Assembly (NCBI GenBank): GCA_964626025.1
Contig: CAZVFL010000002.1
Coordinates: 15,439-79,438 of the forward strand
Source: an uncultured Thalassospiraceae bacterium
GTDB lineage: Bacteria > Pseudomonadota > Alphaproteobacteria > Rhodospirillales > Casp-alpha2
Length of the DNA stretch: 64,000 nt
Direction: 5' to 3'
The position numbers were made by a program, and so were the translations under genes. Below the pieces are notes generated by a model. It was not told where the DNA came from. It searched no databases and saw only the letters and a program-made list of their open reading frames with translations. Shown here in pieces: positions 1 through 9,487 of the stretch; the stretch's first letter is position 1; every line of letters starts with the position of its first letter.

Positions 1-597
1 GACGGGCGGGTCGTTTTCGCAAACCTTGCCGTGGATGCCGGCCAGCATTTTGCCCGCACGCTCGTCCGATTCCCCGACGAGGAGGAAATCGGGGTTGAGC
101 AAGTCGTTGACGACGCTGCCCAAGGCGATGAATTCCGGGTTGTAGCAAAGGCCGAAATCGGCGCCGCAGCTCTTCCCCGATTTCGATTCAAGGTGTCCAA
201 GCACCTTGCCGCCGATGTCGCCGGGCATGACCGTACTGGTCAAAACCACGAGGTGATATCTGTCCTTCCGCTTGAGGCCGTCGGCGATGTCGTCGCAGGC
301 CTCGAGAACGTATTTCAATGAAAATCCGCCGTCGGCTTGGCTGGGCGTCGGTACGATGATGAACGTCGCGTCGCTATCGGCGACGGCGTCGGCGGTCCCT
401 GTCGTCGCCTTTAGCCGGCCTTCGGCGCGGTCGATCATGTCCTGAAGCCGAGGTTCCTCGACAGGGGCCCGGCCCTGGTTTATGGCCTCGACGAAGGCCT
501 CGTTGACATCCGTGCCGATGACCTCAAACCCTTTCGCCGCCAGCACCGCCGCCAGTGGCGCGCCAAGCTTGCCCAGCCCTATAACGGATATCCGCAT
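1..597 (-). CDS. nucleotide-sugar dehydrogenase (UDP-glucose/GDP-mannose dehydrogenase family), N-terminal 199 codons; 3' end outside window
   Basis: Not in ORF track because it runs off the window. Reverse translation from ATG (597-595) reads MRISVIGLGKLGAPLAAVLAAKGFEVIGTDVN...FIIVPTP...CYNPEFIALG, giving a Rossmann GxGxxG N-terminus and family motifs. Confidence 0.8.
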   Translation of the reverse strand, partial: MRISVIGLGKLGAPLAAVLAAKGFEVIGTDVNEAFVEAINQGRAPVEEPRLQDMIDRAEGRLKATTGTADAVADSDATFIIVPTPSQADGGFSLKYVLEACDDIADGLKRKDRYHLVVLTSTVMPGDIGGKVLGHLESKSGKSCGADFGLCYNPEFIALGSVVNDLLNPDFLLVGESDERAGKMLAGIHGKVCENDPPV

Positions 598-686
598 GCC
601 GTTTTCCGTGCGCAAAAGGTGTTTCACTTAACGTCGAAAAAGATCAATAAAAGTAGGCAGATGCTTAGGGCAAATCGGCATGGCCT

Positions 687-2243
687 TCAACCGATTTGAC
701 GTTTTTGCTCTTGGCTATTAGCCGGAATTATCTCTGGAAGATCGTCATCGACCAGCCCCCAGTTTAGGTCGTTGAAGAGAGGCGAAAGCTTTCCCGCTTT
801 CATATCCAGGGTCATGGCCCAGAACTGACTGTCGCTGAGCCGCTCTATCCTGGATTTTTCCATTCTCGACCATAATGCCTCTTGTGCCTCGGGGGTGAAG
901 CCCGAGCCTTCGGAATGCTCGATATGATAAATTCGCGCGGGATCGTCCAGAACCCGTTCCCTGATCCCCATGGTGGCGGCGGAATGACACAAAAGGCTGT
1001 CGATGTGAAAGGAATACATCTCGAACTCGGCATAGCCGCGAAGACGGAACCAACGGTCCCTGGACAGCAACGTGAAGTCGCCGCAGGCGTTCGTGTGCAG
1101 GCGCCGGCGGCGGAATTCAAACACCACATCGCGCCACGCTTGGCGGCGCTCCCAGATCAGTCGGCGTGTTGCCGTGTGGCAAAAAACGATGGGAATGAAC
1201 CCGAGGACTTTCAGGACCCTTACAGGCCATGAATCCATTTGCCCGCGCCCCAGGTGCCGTCGATAGAGGAGGAACCGCTTCAGCCGGTGGAAGGGATGGC
1301 GCCTTGATCTTCTGAGTCGGCGGCGCCAGTCCCGAACTGGGGTGCGCGCCAGGTTGACCAGCATCATGCGACAAAACAACCAAAGGGTTTCCCCGGCAGA
1401 CAGCTTGCCCTCGGGCCGGCGGCAGGCTTGCAGTCGCAGAAATTTCTTCGTGCCGTAGAACAGGGGATGCCTGTGGTGGCGTTTCTTCTGGCGCTTCTTC
1501 CGGGCGAATTGAATCTGATCCTTGAGCCGGTAGAGGTAGTTGAATTGAATCTGATCCTTGAGCCGGTAGAGGTAGTAAAGAATGATCGGAAAAACCAGCG
1601 TCAACGCCAAAGCCCACGCCAGGACTTTCAGCCTCGATTTGTAGATACGATCGAAGTTTCCCGTTTCGGGATAAAGGGTGCCGTCCCGCTGATTGATCCG
1701 GATGACGTTTTTCTCGCAGAAATCCAGCTTGTCGGTGCCGCTGTCGTCGATGAGGACGACTTCGTCGGCGTCGTGGCGGTCGATGCGGTAGAGGTATTTT
1801 TCCGACAATTTCCGGGCCGCGATCCGTTCCATCAACTGGTCGGAAAACAGGATGTCGATGTTGGTGGCGAGGATGAATTGCCCTCTGGCCCGGTGGATGC
1901 CGACGTTCTTGGCGATCATCTGAAACAGCGGCAGCGCCTCGGCATACTCGAACCGGGCATGAATTTCCGGCGGCACCTCGATGATGCGCACCGCCAGCGG
2001 CCCCGGTTCGGCGGGCCACGACAGGGCGTCGGCCAGCTTCGAGCGGTCCTCGGGCGGGTTCCACTCGACCAGGATCAACTCGGCGGGAATGTCGAATCTC
2101 CGGCATTGGTCGAACAGTCCGTCGATGAAAATCTGCATGCGCGGGAGCAGCTTCCCGCCGTGGTCGTCGTTGCGGGACGCGGCGACGATGCTCAAGTACG
2201 GCGCATCACCCGCACCATCGTTTCGGAGACTTTCTGCCATCAA
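687..2243 (-). CDS. GT-A-type glycosyltransferase-like protein interrupted by a TM/Arg-rich insert
   Basis: 518-aa ORF. N-terminal YLSIVAASRNDDHGG...LILVEWNPP and C-terminal GDFTLLSRDRWFRLRGY look like the two halves of a GT2-like fold. The middle has a hydrophobic helix, a basic stretch and a 12-aa tandem duplication. Confidence 0.6.
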   Translation of the reverse strand: MMAESLRNDGAGDAPYLSIVAASRNDDHGGKLLPRMQIFIDGLFDQCRRFDIPAELILVEWNPPEDRSKLADALSWPAEPGPLAVRIIEVPPEIHARFEYAEALPLFQMIAKNVGIHRARGQFILATNIDILFSDQLMERIAARKLSEKYLYRIDRHDADEVVLIDDSGTDKLDFCEKNVIRINQRDGTLYPETGNFDRIYKSRLKVLAWALALTLVFPIILYYLYRLKDQIQFNYLYRLKDQIQFARKKRQKKRHHRHPLFYGTKKFLRLQACRRPEGKLSAGETLWLFCRMMLVNLARTPVRDWRRRLRRSRRHPFHRLKRFLLYRRHLGRGQMDSWPVRVLKVLGFIPIVFCHTATRRLIWERRQAWRDVVFEFRRRRLHTNACGDFTLLSRDRWFRLRGYAEFEMYSFHIDSLLCHSAATMGIRERVLDDPARIYHIEHSEGSGFTPEAQEALWSRMEKSRIERLSDSQFWAMTLDMKAGKLSPLFNDLNWGLVDDDLPEIIPANSQEQKRQIG

Positions 2244-2599
2244 ATTTGCTCGTTCGAAACCGCTAAAAACCGAACATTAACGTTTCCTGGATACCCCATA
2301 CCCCATTGGCAAAGGGTTCAAATCCCGGGTCGGGCAACCCTATGCCGTGTTACCTTAGCAAGCCAGTAAAAACGCTAAATGGTGCATATGGCACCGGCCT
2401 CGGATGGTTGCCGATGGAATGCTGTGAGATGGCCCCACATGAAATTCATCACTAATACTAGACTGGCGGTTGCGCCGATTCTGTTAGTGATTTTCTGTCT
2501 GCTTGTTTCATTTATGGTTCCCTATCCCGGAGACCTGAGGTGGGAGGTCAGGATCGAGCCTTTCGACTCGAAAGCGGCAACCATGATCACAGAAGCGGG

Positions 2600-2905
2600 A
2601 ATTTCGGCGCCAACTTCAACGTCAAGATCCCGATCACCAACACCTGCGGCGAAACTTCCGCGCCACTGGTGGAGCAGCTGTCGGGCAAGGGCGTCGCCGT
2701 CAACATGACGGCCATGTTCACGCTCGACCAGGTGGAAGAGATCACCGCCGTGCTCGACCCGGCGACGCCGGCCATCCTGTCGGTGTTCGCGGGGCGCGTC
2801 GCCGACAGCGGACGCGACCCGATGCCGCACATGAAACGCGCGGTCGACATCGCCAAGGCGAAGCCCAAATCCGAGGTTCTTTGGGCCAGCTCGCGCGAAC
2901 TCTAT
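2600..2905 (+). pseudogene. transaldolase-family gene fragment (internal piece only)
   Basis: Translation NVKIPITNTCGETSAPLVEQLSGKGVAVNMTAMFTLDQVEE...SVFAGRVADSGRDP...WASSRELY matches the transaldolase/Fsa core but lacks both ends. Composition changes abruptly at 2905. Confidence 0.55.
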
Positions 2906-3642
2906 CATAAGTTAGCCGCGGTCATACGTTCCCAGCAAGAAGATAGTGTGCTGGCGAATGCGCTGAAGATACGCATCAAGGAAATGCGGGAGCGCCATGC
3001 ACGCTTCGAGGATCGTGTTACAAAGAAACGCGAACTGGTTACGACCGTAATGGATCGGGCGGGTATTACAAAAATTGCCGAATCAGAAGCTCGACGGCAC
3101 CACGCTTGTTCGCCTGGATAAGGGCGGCCTTCATTCTTCGAAGCCGCTGCGCTTCCCAAGAATAGTCGATAAAATCCTGTAACCAGACCCGTTCAATCGC
3201 ATCATCAGGCTTGACGGCACGCAGGCATGACGCCTGAAATGACTCATAATCGGTGCAGATTTCTCCATCAATTAGGGGAAGAGTTGGATGGTAAGCGTCG
3301 AGTACATCGACGCCCCCTGGTTTTTCTTCGGGGAAGATTTGCTCCGAACTTTGTTCGAAGGGATGTTTTCCTGCTTCATAATGGCTCCCATGTTACGCAC
3401 TCAGAGTTAACCTGTTCCATGTAGCGCCACCCTAAAGACACAACATATTGATTTAATGCGTAAAATAACGAAATATAGGGTATCAAGCAAGTTATTCTTC
3501 CGATGTTAACCACAGCCCCTTTCAAAAGAAGACCAGCAAAATCATTCATTGAAACCTGCACGTCTAGGGCTATAGGGTTTTGGTAGTCTCCGGCATCTGG
3601 CGTCGGGACCTTATGCGGCAGAGAAGTAAACGGGGATGTGCA

Positions 3643-4713
3643 ATGAATATACTGGTGACGGGGGGAGCAGGCTTCATTGGCTCGGCGGTCATACGCCACA
3701 TTATCCGTAACACCGAAGACAACGTAGTCAATGTCGACAAGCTGACCTATGCCGGAAACTTGGACTCTGTTGAGGAAGTCAGTGGCAACAGCCGCTATTC
3801 GTTCAAGCAGGTAGATATCTGCAATCGTGCCACGTTGAACCGAATATTCGAACAGTTTCGCCCCGACGCTGTCATGCATTTGGCGGCTGAATCCCACGTA
3901 GACCGTTCCATTGACGGCCCTTCGCCTTTCATCGAGACGAATATCTTCGGCACCTACACCTTGTTGGAGGTGGCGCGAGAATATTGGGAGGCGCTGGATG
4001 AGGCAGCGCAACGGAGGTTCCGTTTTCACCACATTTCGACCGATGAGGTCTACGGGGATTTGGGGGGTACGGACGACCTGTTCGTGGAGACGATGGCCTA
4101 CGCACCAAGTTCTCCCTATTCGGCGAGCAAGGCCAGTTCCGACCACCTGGTACGGGCCTGGCATAGCACTTATGGTTTGCCGTGTGTTGTCAGTAACTGT
4201 TCCAACAATTACGGCCCATATCAATTCCCCGAGAAACTAATTCCTTTGATGATCATTAATGCATTGAACGGAAAGGGGTTGCCGGTCTACGGAAAAGGCA
4301 ATCAGGTGCGAGACTGGTTGTATGTCGAGGACCACGCCCGCGCGTTGTGCATGGTGCTCAAGAAGGGCATTCCTGGCGAAACATACAATATCGGTGGCCA
4401 CAACGAGATGCGTAATATCGATGTTGTTGCTATGATATGCGACATCCTGAACGAGCTTGTACCCCATAAACCGCGCGGTGTGTTGGCATTCGAGGACCTG
4501 ATAACGAATGTTCCGGATCGACCGGGCCACGACCTACGTTACGCGATCGATGCGAGCAAGATTGAGCGGGACTTGGGGTGGATTCCCGCCAAGAGTTTCG
4601 AGGGCGGGCTCCGCAAAACGGTTGAATGGTATTTGGGGAACGAGGGTTGGTGGCGGCGCGTGATGGATGGTAGCTACAATCGTCAGCGCATCAGTGGAAG
4701 AAATGTATCGTGA
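3643..4713 (+). CDS. rfbB: dTDP-glucose 4,6-dehydratase
   Basis: [16 protein letters not shown]...DKLTYAGN...[15 protein letters not shown]...[15 protein letters not shown]; internal ATG at 3643 chosen within ORF 3580..4713. Confidence 0.95.
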   Translation: MNILVTGGAGFIGSAVIRHIIRNTEDNVVNVDKLTYAGNLDSVEEVSGNSRYSFKQVDICNRATLNRIFEQFRPDAVMHLAAESHVDRSIDGPSPFIETNIFGTYTLLEVAREYWEALDEAAQRRFRFHHISTDEVYGDLGGTDDLFVETMAYAPSSPYSASKASSDHLVRAWHSTYGLPCVVSNCSNNYGPYQFPEKLIPLMIINALNGKGLPVYGKGNQVRDWLYVEDHARALCMVLKKGIPGETYNIGGHNEMRNIDVVAMICDILNELVPHKPRGVLAFEDLITNVPDRPGHDLRYAIDASKIERDLGWIPAKSFEGGLRKTVEWYLGNEGWWRRVMDGSYNRQRISGRNVS

Positions 4714-5588
4714 AGTGGAGGGGGATTGTCCTGGCCGGAGGATCGGGTTCGCGCCTGCATCCTGTCACTCGCAGCGTTTCTAAGCAGTTGCTGCCAATCT
4801 ATGACAAGCCGATGATTTATTACCCGTTGTCATTGCTGATGCTAGCGGGGATTCGCAATATTCTTATCATTAGCACGCCGAACGATTTGCCGCTGTACCG
4901 GCACTTGCTAGGCGATGGCAGTGACATCGGCGTGTCCTTCTCCTACGCGGAGCAGCCGCATCCAGATGGACTGGCGCAGGCTTTCATCATCGGCGAGGAA
5001 TTTATCCGCGGAGATCATGTTTGCCTCGTCCTGGGCGATAATATTTTTTATGGCCAGGGTCTGAAGGACAGCCTTGATAGGGCGAGCCATCACGAAACCG
5101 GGGCGACGGTATTCGGTTACCAGGTGCTCGATCCCGAACGTTTCGGAGTTGTCGAAATAGATGCAAACGGGCGCGCCGTTTCAATTGAGGAAAAGCCGGT
5201 CAAGCCGCGTTCGAATTACGCGGTCACGGGACTTTATTTCTATGACAATAATGTTGTGGACATTGCCAAGGGCCTGAAACCCTCGGCCAGGGGCGAACTT
5301 GAGATCACGGATGTGAACCGCGTTTATCTCGAACGTGGCGATCTCAATATCGAAGTATTAGGACGTGGTTTTGCTTGGCTCGATACCGGTACTCACGACA
5401 GCCTGATCGAAGCCGGGCAATTCATCCAGACCATCGAGCGTCGCCAGGGACTGAAGGTCGCCTGTATAGAGGAAATAGCCTGCCGAAACGGCTGGATCAG
5501 CGCGGAAAGTCTGATCGAATTGGGCAACCGATCGACGTCCAATGTCTATGGCCAGTATCTTCTGCACATCGGGCGTGAACTGAGGTGA
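4710..5588 (+). CDS. rfbA: glucose-1-phosphate thymidylyltransferase
   Basis: [37 protein letters not shown]...YGQYLL; GTG start overlaps the rfbB stop (GTGA). Confidence 0.95.
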   Translation: MKWRGIVLAGGSGSRLHPVTRSVSKQLLPIYDKPMIYYPLSLLMLAGIRNILIISTPNDLPLYRHLLGDGSDIGVSFSYAEQPHPDGLAQAFIIGEEFIRGDHVCLVLGDNIFYGQGLKDSLDRASHHETGATVFGYQVLDPERFGVVEIDANGRAVSIEEKPVKPRSNYAVTGLYFYDNNVVDIAKGLKPSARGELEITDVNRVYLERGDLNIEVLGRGFAWLDTGTHDSLIEAGQFIQTIERRQGLKVACIEEIACRNGWISAESLIELGNRSTSNVYGQYLLHIGRELR

Positions 5589-5680
5589 CGCTTGGCCGGC
5601 AAGTGTTGTTTTGTAGACTGGACGAAAAAGAGTTGAGTGGAATCAGCGACCTGTGATTCTTTTACGGTGGCCGAACAGCA

Positions 5681-5775
5681 ATGAAGTTACAAGATGTAGA
5701 CCAACTTGCAGCCCTTGGAGAACGGATTGAAAACTCGGCATATGGCCGTCATCTACTTAAGGGCGCCTCTAAAAA
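5681..5775 (+). pseudogene. remnant of a second rfbA 3' end
   Basis: MKLQDVDQLAALGERIENSAYGRHLLKGA aligns with the RfbA C-terminal ...L.ELG......YGQYLL motif; it lies about 90 bp after the intact rfbA. Confidence 0.5.
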
Positions 5776-5923
5776 TAAGAGCCGCCGCTTTCCGACCTGT
5801 TTAAAATCAATAGGTTGACGTGTGGGATTTCCGCAAAATGAGCTTTTTTAGAGATGCTCTTAAGCTTGCTGGTGTTTCTGGGGAATCATAGTTCTCTGAA
5901 TTTTATAATTTACAGTTGATGTT

Positions 5924-6799
5924 ATGAAAATTTGTATTAGCTGTGGCCATCACTTTTCAGGAGAATCATGGCGTTGCCCGGAATGTACATTTGAACCACC
6001 CGTTGAGCGGGGGTTTTTGACGTTTGCGCCGGACCTTGCCTATGTAAATACAGGGTACGATCCCTCCTGGTATGAAGAATTGGCAACTTTGGAAGAGGGC
6101 AACTTCTGGTTCGTCACTCGAAACAAGTTAATCCTATGGGCCTTACAGAAGTTTTGTCCGGGTCTAGAGAGTTTCCTAGAACTTGGGTGCGGAACCGGCT
6201 ATGTCATTCGGGACATCTCAGCCCGCTTCGCCAATTGTCGATTGATGGGAAGCGAATTATGCGTGGAGGGTTTAGAGTATGCTGAAAAGCGGGTGAAGGG
6301 GCGTGCTACTTTAGTCCAAATGGATGCCACAAACATTCCATTCAAAGAGGAGTTCGATGGGGTCGGAATATTTGATGTAATTGAGCACATCGAGGATGAT
6401 TGCAAGGTATTAATGGAAACACATAAGGCTCTTAAAACGGGCGGCTTTCTTATTGCATCGGTGCCTCAACATATGTTTCTGTGGAGCAAATATGACGAAT
6501 TAGGGCACCACTCTAGGCGATACGAGCCTGGAGAACTCGAAAATAAAATGAAAGATGTGGGATTTCACGTTTTGTATACTAGTTCGTTTAATACTCTTTT
6601 ATTGCCGCTCATGTTGTTGTCTCGAAGTTTAAAAAAGAAATCAAAAGATGAGAACATAGATGTTTTGGAAGAGTTGCGAATACCCAGCGCCATTAACTTT
6701 GGGCTCAAAAGCATTTTAAATGCCGAAGTTATGCTGACCAAACTGGGCGTGCGCTGGCCCATTGGAGGCTCTCGCCTTATTTTGGCAAGAAAAAATTAG
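5924..6799 (+). CDS. class I SAM-dependent methyltransferase with N-terminal Cys4 zinc ribbon
   Basis: CISCGHHFSGESWRCPEC then LELGCGTGYV (motif I) and DVIEHIEDD; AT-rich gene. Confidence 0.8.
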   Translation: MKICISCGHHFSGESWRCPECTFEPPVERGFLTFAPDLAYVNTGYDPSWYEELATLEEGNFWFVTRNKLILWALQKFCPGLESFLELGCGTGYVIRDISARFANCRLMGSELCVEGLEYAEKRVKGRATLVQMDATNIPFKEEFDGVGIFDVIEHIEDDCKVLMETHKALKTGGFLIASVPQHMFLWSKYDELGHHSRRYEPGELENKMKDVGFHVLYTSSFNTLLLPLMLLSRSLKKKSKDENIDVLEELRIPSAINFGLKSILNAEVMLTKLGVRWPIGGSRLILARKN

Positions 6800-6829
6800 T
6801 TATTTACCGATTTACCGGCAATTATCACC

Positions 6830-6858
6830 TTGACATAGTAAGGCGCAATCGCTAGATT
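6830..6858 (+). promoter_or_regulatory. putative inward promoter inside IRL (TTGACA-N17-TAGATT) for the transposase
   Basis: TTGACA at 6830-6835, 17-nt spacer, TAGATT at 6853-6858, about 25 nt upstream of the transposase ATG. Confidence 0.45.
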
Positions 6859-6883
6859 AGGGGTGCAAGGTGAGGACTCCCCA

Positions 6884-7807
6884 ATGAGCGACTTTTCAAA
6901 TCCTATCTTCCACAACGAAACCAAGGCCCGCAAGTGGCTTGAGGCTCGCCTTTGGCCCGATGGCCCGATCTGCCCTCATTGCGGCACGATTGACGAAGCC
7001 ACACTCATGAAAGGCGAGTCACACCGTCCGGGCCTCTACAATTGCAACGCTTGCCGCCAGCCATTCACGGTGACTGTCGGGACGCTGTACGAGCGCTCGA
7101 AAATCCCGCTTCACAAGTGGCTTGCCGCCACGCATCTCATGATGGCCAGTAAGAAAGGCATGTCCGCACTTCAAATCGGTCGCTTATTGAGCCTGAGTAA
7201 GAAAACTGCTTGGTTTCTTTGCCACCGCATCCGCGAGTCGTTGCGCGAGTCAAAATTCGATGAACCGCTTGGCGGGCAGAACAAGGTTGTTGAAGCCGAC
7301 GAAACCTACGTCGGCGGGAAGGCCAAGAACCGCAAAGGCAAGGTTCCGCCCAAGGAAGCCGTAGTCGCCTTGGTCGAGCGCGACGGCAAGGTGCGCTCTT
7401 TTCACATTCCGGCCGTCAGCGCCAAGACACTGCGCCCGATCCTGGTCACTCAGGTTTCGCGCAAGAGCTACCTCATGACCGACGACTCGACCGTCTATCC
7501 CAAGATCGGTGAGGAATATGCCGGACACGGCACCGTCAATCACTCAATCGAGGAATACGTTCGCGGTGGCTTCTGGCATACCAACACCGTTGAAAACTAT
7601 TTCAGCATCCTCAAGCGCGGGATCACCGGAACATATCATCACGTCAGCCAGCAACACCTTAAGCGTTATCTTGCCGAGTTTGATTTCCGTTACAACGAGC
7701 GCTCTGCCCTTGGCGTGAGCGATGCCGAACGCATGGAAAAGTCGATCCAGGGCATTGTCGGCAAGCGCCTTACCTATCGGCGGGCTGATTTCAGGCCGAA
7801 CGTCTAA
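6884..7807 (+). CDS. IS1595-family transposase
   Basis: N-terminal Zn ribbon CPHCG...CNACR, ETYVGGK, DDSTVY, HTNTVENYFSILKRG...HLKRYLAEFDFRYN; ATG at 6884 has GGTGAGGA upstream. Confidence 0.9.
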   Translation: MSDFSNPIFHNETKARKWLEARLWPDGPICPHCGTIDEATLMKGESHRPGLYNCNACRQPFTVTVGTLYERSKIPLHKWLAATHLMMASKKGMSALQIGRLLSLSKKTAWFLCHRIRESLRESKFDEPLGGQNKVVEADETYVGGKAKNRKGKVPPKEAVVALVERDGKVRSFHIPAVSAKTLRPILVTQVSRKSYLMTDDSTVYPKIGEEYAGHGTVNHSIEEYVRGGFWHTNTVENYFSILKRGITGTYHHVSQQHLKRYLAEFDFRYNERSALGVSDAERMEKSIQGIVGKRLTYRRADFRPNV

Positions 7808-7980
7808 GCCGCAACTGACTCGTAAGCAGTTCTGCAAGATGTTGCGCTTGATCCGCACTCAATATCGTGCCGAGTGCCGAGCCGCCGCGTTCAACAAGCA
7901 GTCCTAGGTTTGATTCGGCCCCGCTACACGAGACTTGTATAGTTCCGTTCTTAGTGTCCACCACGCGAACGGAGGCTTCC

Positions 7981-8250
7981 ATGGGCGTGCTTGACGACAT
8001 TATTAAGACCCTTGACCGCATCCCCGTTTGGAAGCGGCTCCAAATTATTCCAGAAGAGGTTGACGATCTACGCAATCGCGTAGTTGAGCTAGAAGAAAAG
8101 CTTGGCGGCAAATGGCCGCCTGACGTTTGTAAGTTTTGCGGGGCACGCGCCGCGCGGTTAACTGGAACCCGCGGCCCAGACGCAAAGGGGAAATTGTATC
8201 AGCTTTGGGGGTGCGGAGAGTGCAGCAACGTAGAGCGACGACTAGCCTGA
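7981..8250 (+). CDS. hypothetical small protein, helical N-terminus plus C-terminal CxxC...CxxC zinc ribbon (IS cargo)
   Basis: ATG at 7981 preceded by GGAGG; CKFCG...CGEC; no recognisable family. Confidence 0.5.
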   Translation: MGVLDDIIKTLDRIPVWKRLQIIPEEVDDLRNRVVELEEKLGGKWPPDVCKFCGARAARLTGTRGPDAKGKLYQLWGCGECSNVERRLA

Positions 8251-8436
8251 TCGATTTTCGCCCTTCTGCACCTTTTTCTTCGGCTTCCGCTTTTCTCCCT
8301 TCGCCGTTCGGTGCTTCGGTCCGCTCTTGACCGCAGCGTCAACCGCGCGCTCGAACTGTTCCCATGCGTCGGGAACCAGCTCGATATTCTTACCGGGTTT
8401 CTGATCGGTTTTGGTTTTTAGTTTCATCTTGGTCAT
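8242..8436 (-). CDS. hypothetical small Lys-rich protein (IS cargo)
   Basis: MTKMKLKTKTDQKPGKNIELVPDAWEQFERAVDAAVKSGPKHR...; start uncertain and no clear RBS. Confidence 0.35.
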   Translation of the reverse strand: MTKMKLKTKTDQKPGKNIELVPDAWEQFERAVDAAVKSGPKHRTAKGEKRKPKKKVQKGENRSG

Positions 8437-8487
8437 AAGGAAACTATCCGCAGACACATCGAATGAGCAAGGAGGGGAGACGAGCAA

Positions 8488-9108
8488 ATGGCCACAAAAA
8501 GACAGATCGCCGCAATCGAGCTATACGCGAATCTCATGGCCGAAATTAAGGTTCGCACACGGTCGATTGAAACGGCGTGTAGCGGCCAGACCGGAATCCC
8601 AAGCCCACTAGTCAGGGAGTTTTGCTACCTCCAACTCCGAATGATCTGCGAGCTGATCGCCCTGGGCTGCCTCACCGCCCATGGCGATATTAAGGGGGCA
8701 CAAACAAGCAAATTCGCCAAAGAATACTCCGCAGATCGAATCCTTTCGATGCTCGAAAAGCTACATCCCGACTTCTATCCGAAGCCTGTGAAACACACAA
8801 AGGTTGGCCCCAGTCGGCACCAACTTGTGGACATTAAGGACGGCTTTATGACCAAAGCTGAATTATTGCGGCTGAACACAAAATGCGGTGCCGTACTTCA
8901 CCGGGGTAGCGTCAAAAAGCTGCTCACCGACAACATGTCAATTCAGGCGAACTATCCTGAGATAATGGGCACGGTCGAAAAAATCGTCGCCTTACTCCGA
9001 GACCATCGCCTCTTACTTCTCGGAGGCCAAATCGGAATAATCTGTGCGCTCGAATTACCGACCACCGGCAAAGTGCAGGTGGCTATTGCTGAGGCGCAGG
9101 AAGAATAG
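8488..9108 (+). CDS. hypothetical protein, 206 aa (IS cargo)
   Basis: ATG preceded by AGGAGG about 10 nt upstream; no family recognised. Confidence 0.55.
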   Translation: MATKRQIAAIELYANLMAEIKVRTRSIETACSGQTGIPSPLVREFCYLQLRMICELIALGCLTAHGDIKGAQTSKFAKEYSADRILSMLEKLHPDFYPKPVKHTKVGPSRHQLVDIKDGFMTKAELLRLNTKCGAVLHRGSVKKLLTDNMSIQANYPEIMGTVEKIVALLRDHRLLLLGGQIGIICALELPTTGKVQVAIAEAQEE

Positions 9109-9361
9109 CTACGATCTTCCAGTTTACGATGCCGCCGGCGTCATCTAGCCAGCTAACCTCATCCCCGACCCGAAACTCATGCTCCACCTTAGGCGCAGCC
9201 TCAATCTCATCCTGTATAGAATCGCGACGTTCGCGGGCTGAAGCATATTGGACCACCCCGCGAATCATCTCATTCTTGACGGATAACTCAGAGACGCCCG
9301 TCTCGGTCATCTCGGGAGTAATCTCAATCTCGGCACCGGCCTTTCCGTCCCTATTTACCAT
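9083..9361 (-). CDS. hypothetical protein, 92 aa (IS cargo)
   Basis: ORF starts about 10 nt inside IRR, whose TTGACA faces inward; no family recognised. Confidence 0.4.
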   Translation of the reverse strand: MVNRDGKAGAEIEITPEMTETGVSELSVKNEMIRGVVQYASARERRDSIQDEIEAAPKVEHEFRVGDEVSWLDDAGGIVNWKIVAILPAPQQ

Positions 9362-9487
9362 ATATCGGGCCTACTATGTCAAGGTGATAATTGCCGATTT
9401 ACCGATAAGTATTTATTGCTCAATTTTACAATTAATATATTCATACTTAGCTCTATAGAAGCAACTATTTCAGGTTTTCTCACCTGA

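Larger units (their letters stand above)
6817..9395 (+). mobile_element. IS1595-family element with passenger genes (2579 bp), perfect 24-bp terminal IRs and 8-bp target duplication
   Basis: IRL 6817-6840 GGCAATTATCACCTTGACATAGTA equals the reverse complement of 9372-9395. Direct repeat GATTTACC lies at 6809-6816 and 9396-9403. Confidence 0.85.

Noticed and set aside
2314-2340. tRNA-like T-arm sequence GGGTTCAAATCCCGGGTCGGGCAACCC
   Set aside because: No matching 5' acceptor strand, D-arm or anticodon arm lies upstream, and the T-stem is imperfect. At most it is a tRNA 3'-end/att relic at the edge of the mosaic region, and I cannot support that.
2379-2708. 109-aa ORF with a hydrophobic stretch
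   Set aside because: It overlaps the transaldolase fragment in another frame, and no RBS or family signal is present.
3421-3642. JUMPstart/ops element upstream of rfbB
   Set aside because: Only partial matches are present (GTAGCG at about 3421 and GGTAG at about 3585), not the full GGCGGTAGCGTG. RfaH-type control is also not expected outside enterobacteria-like lineages.
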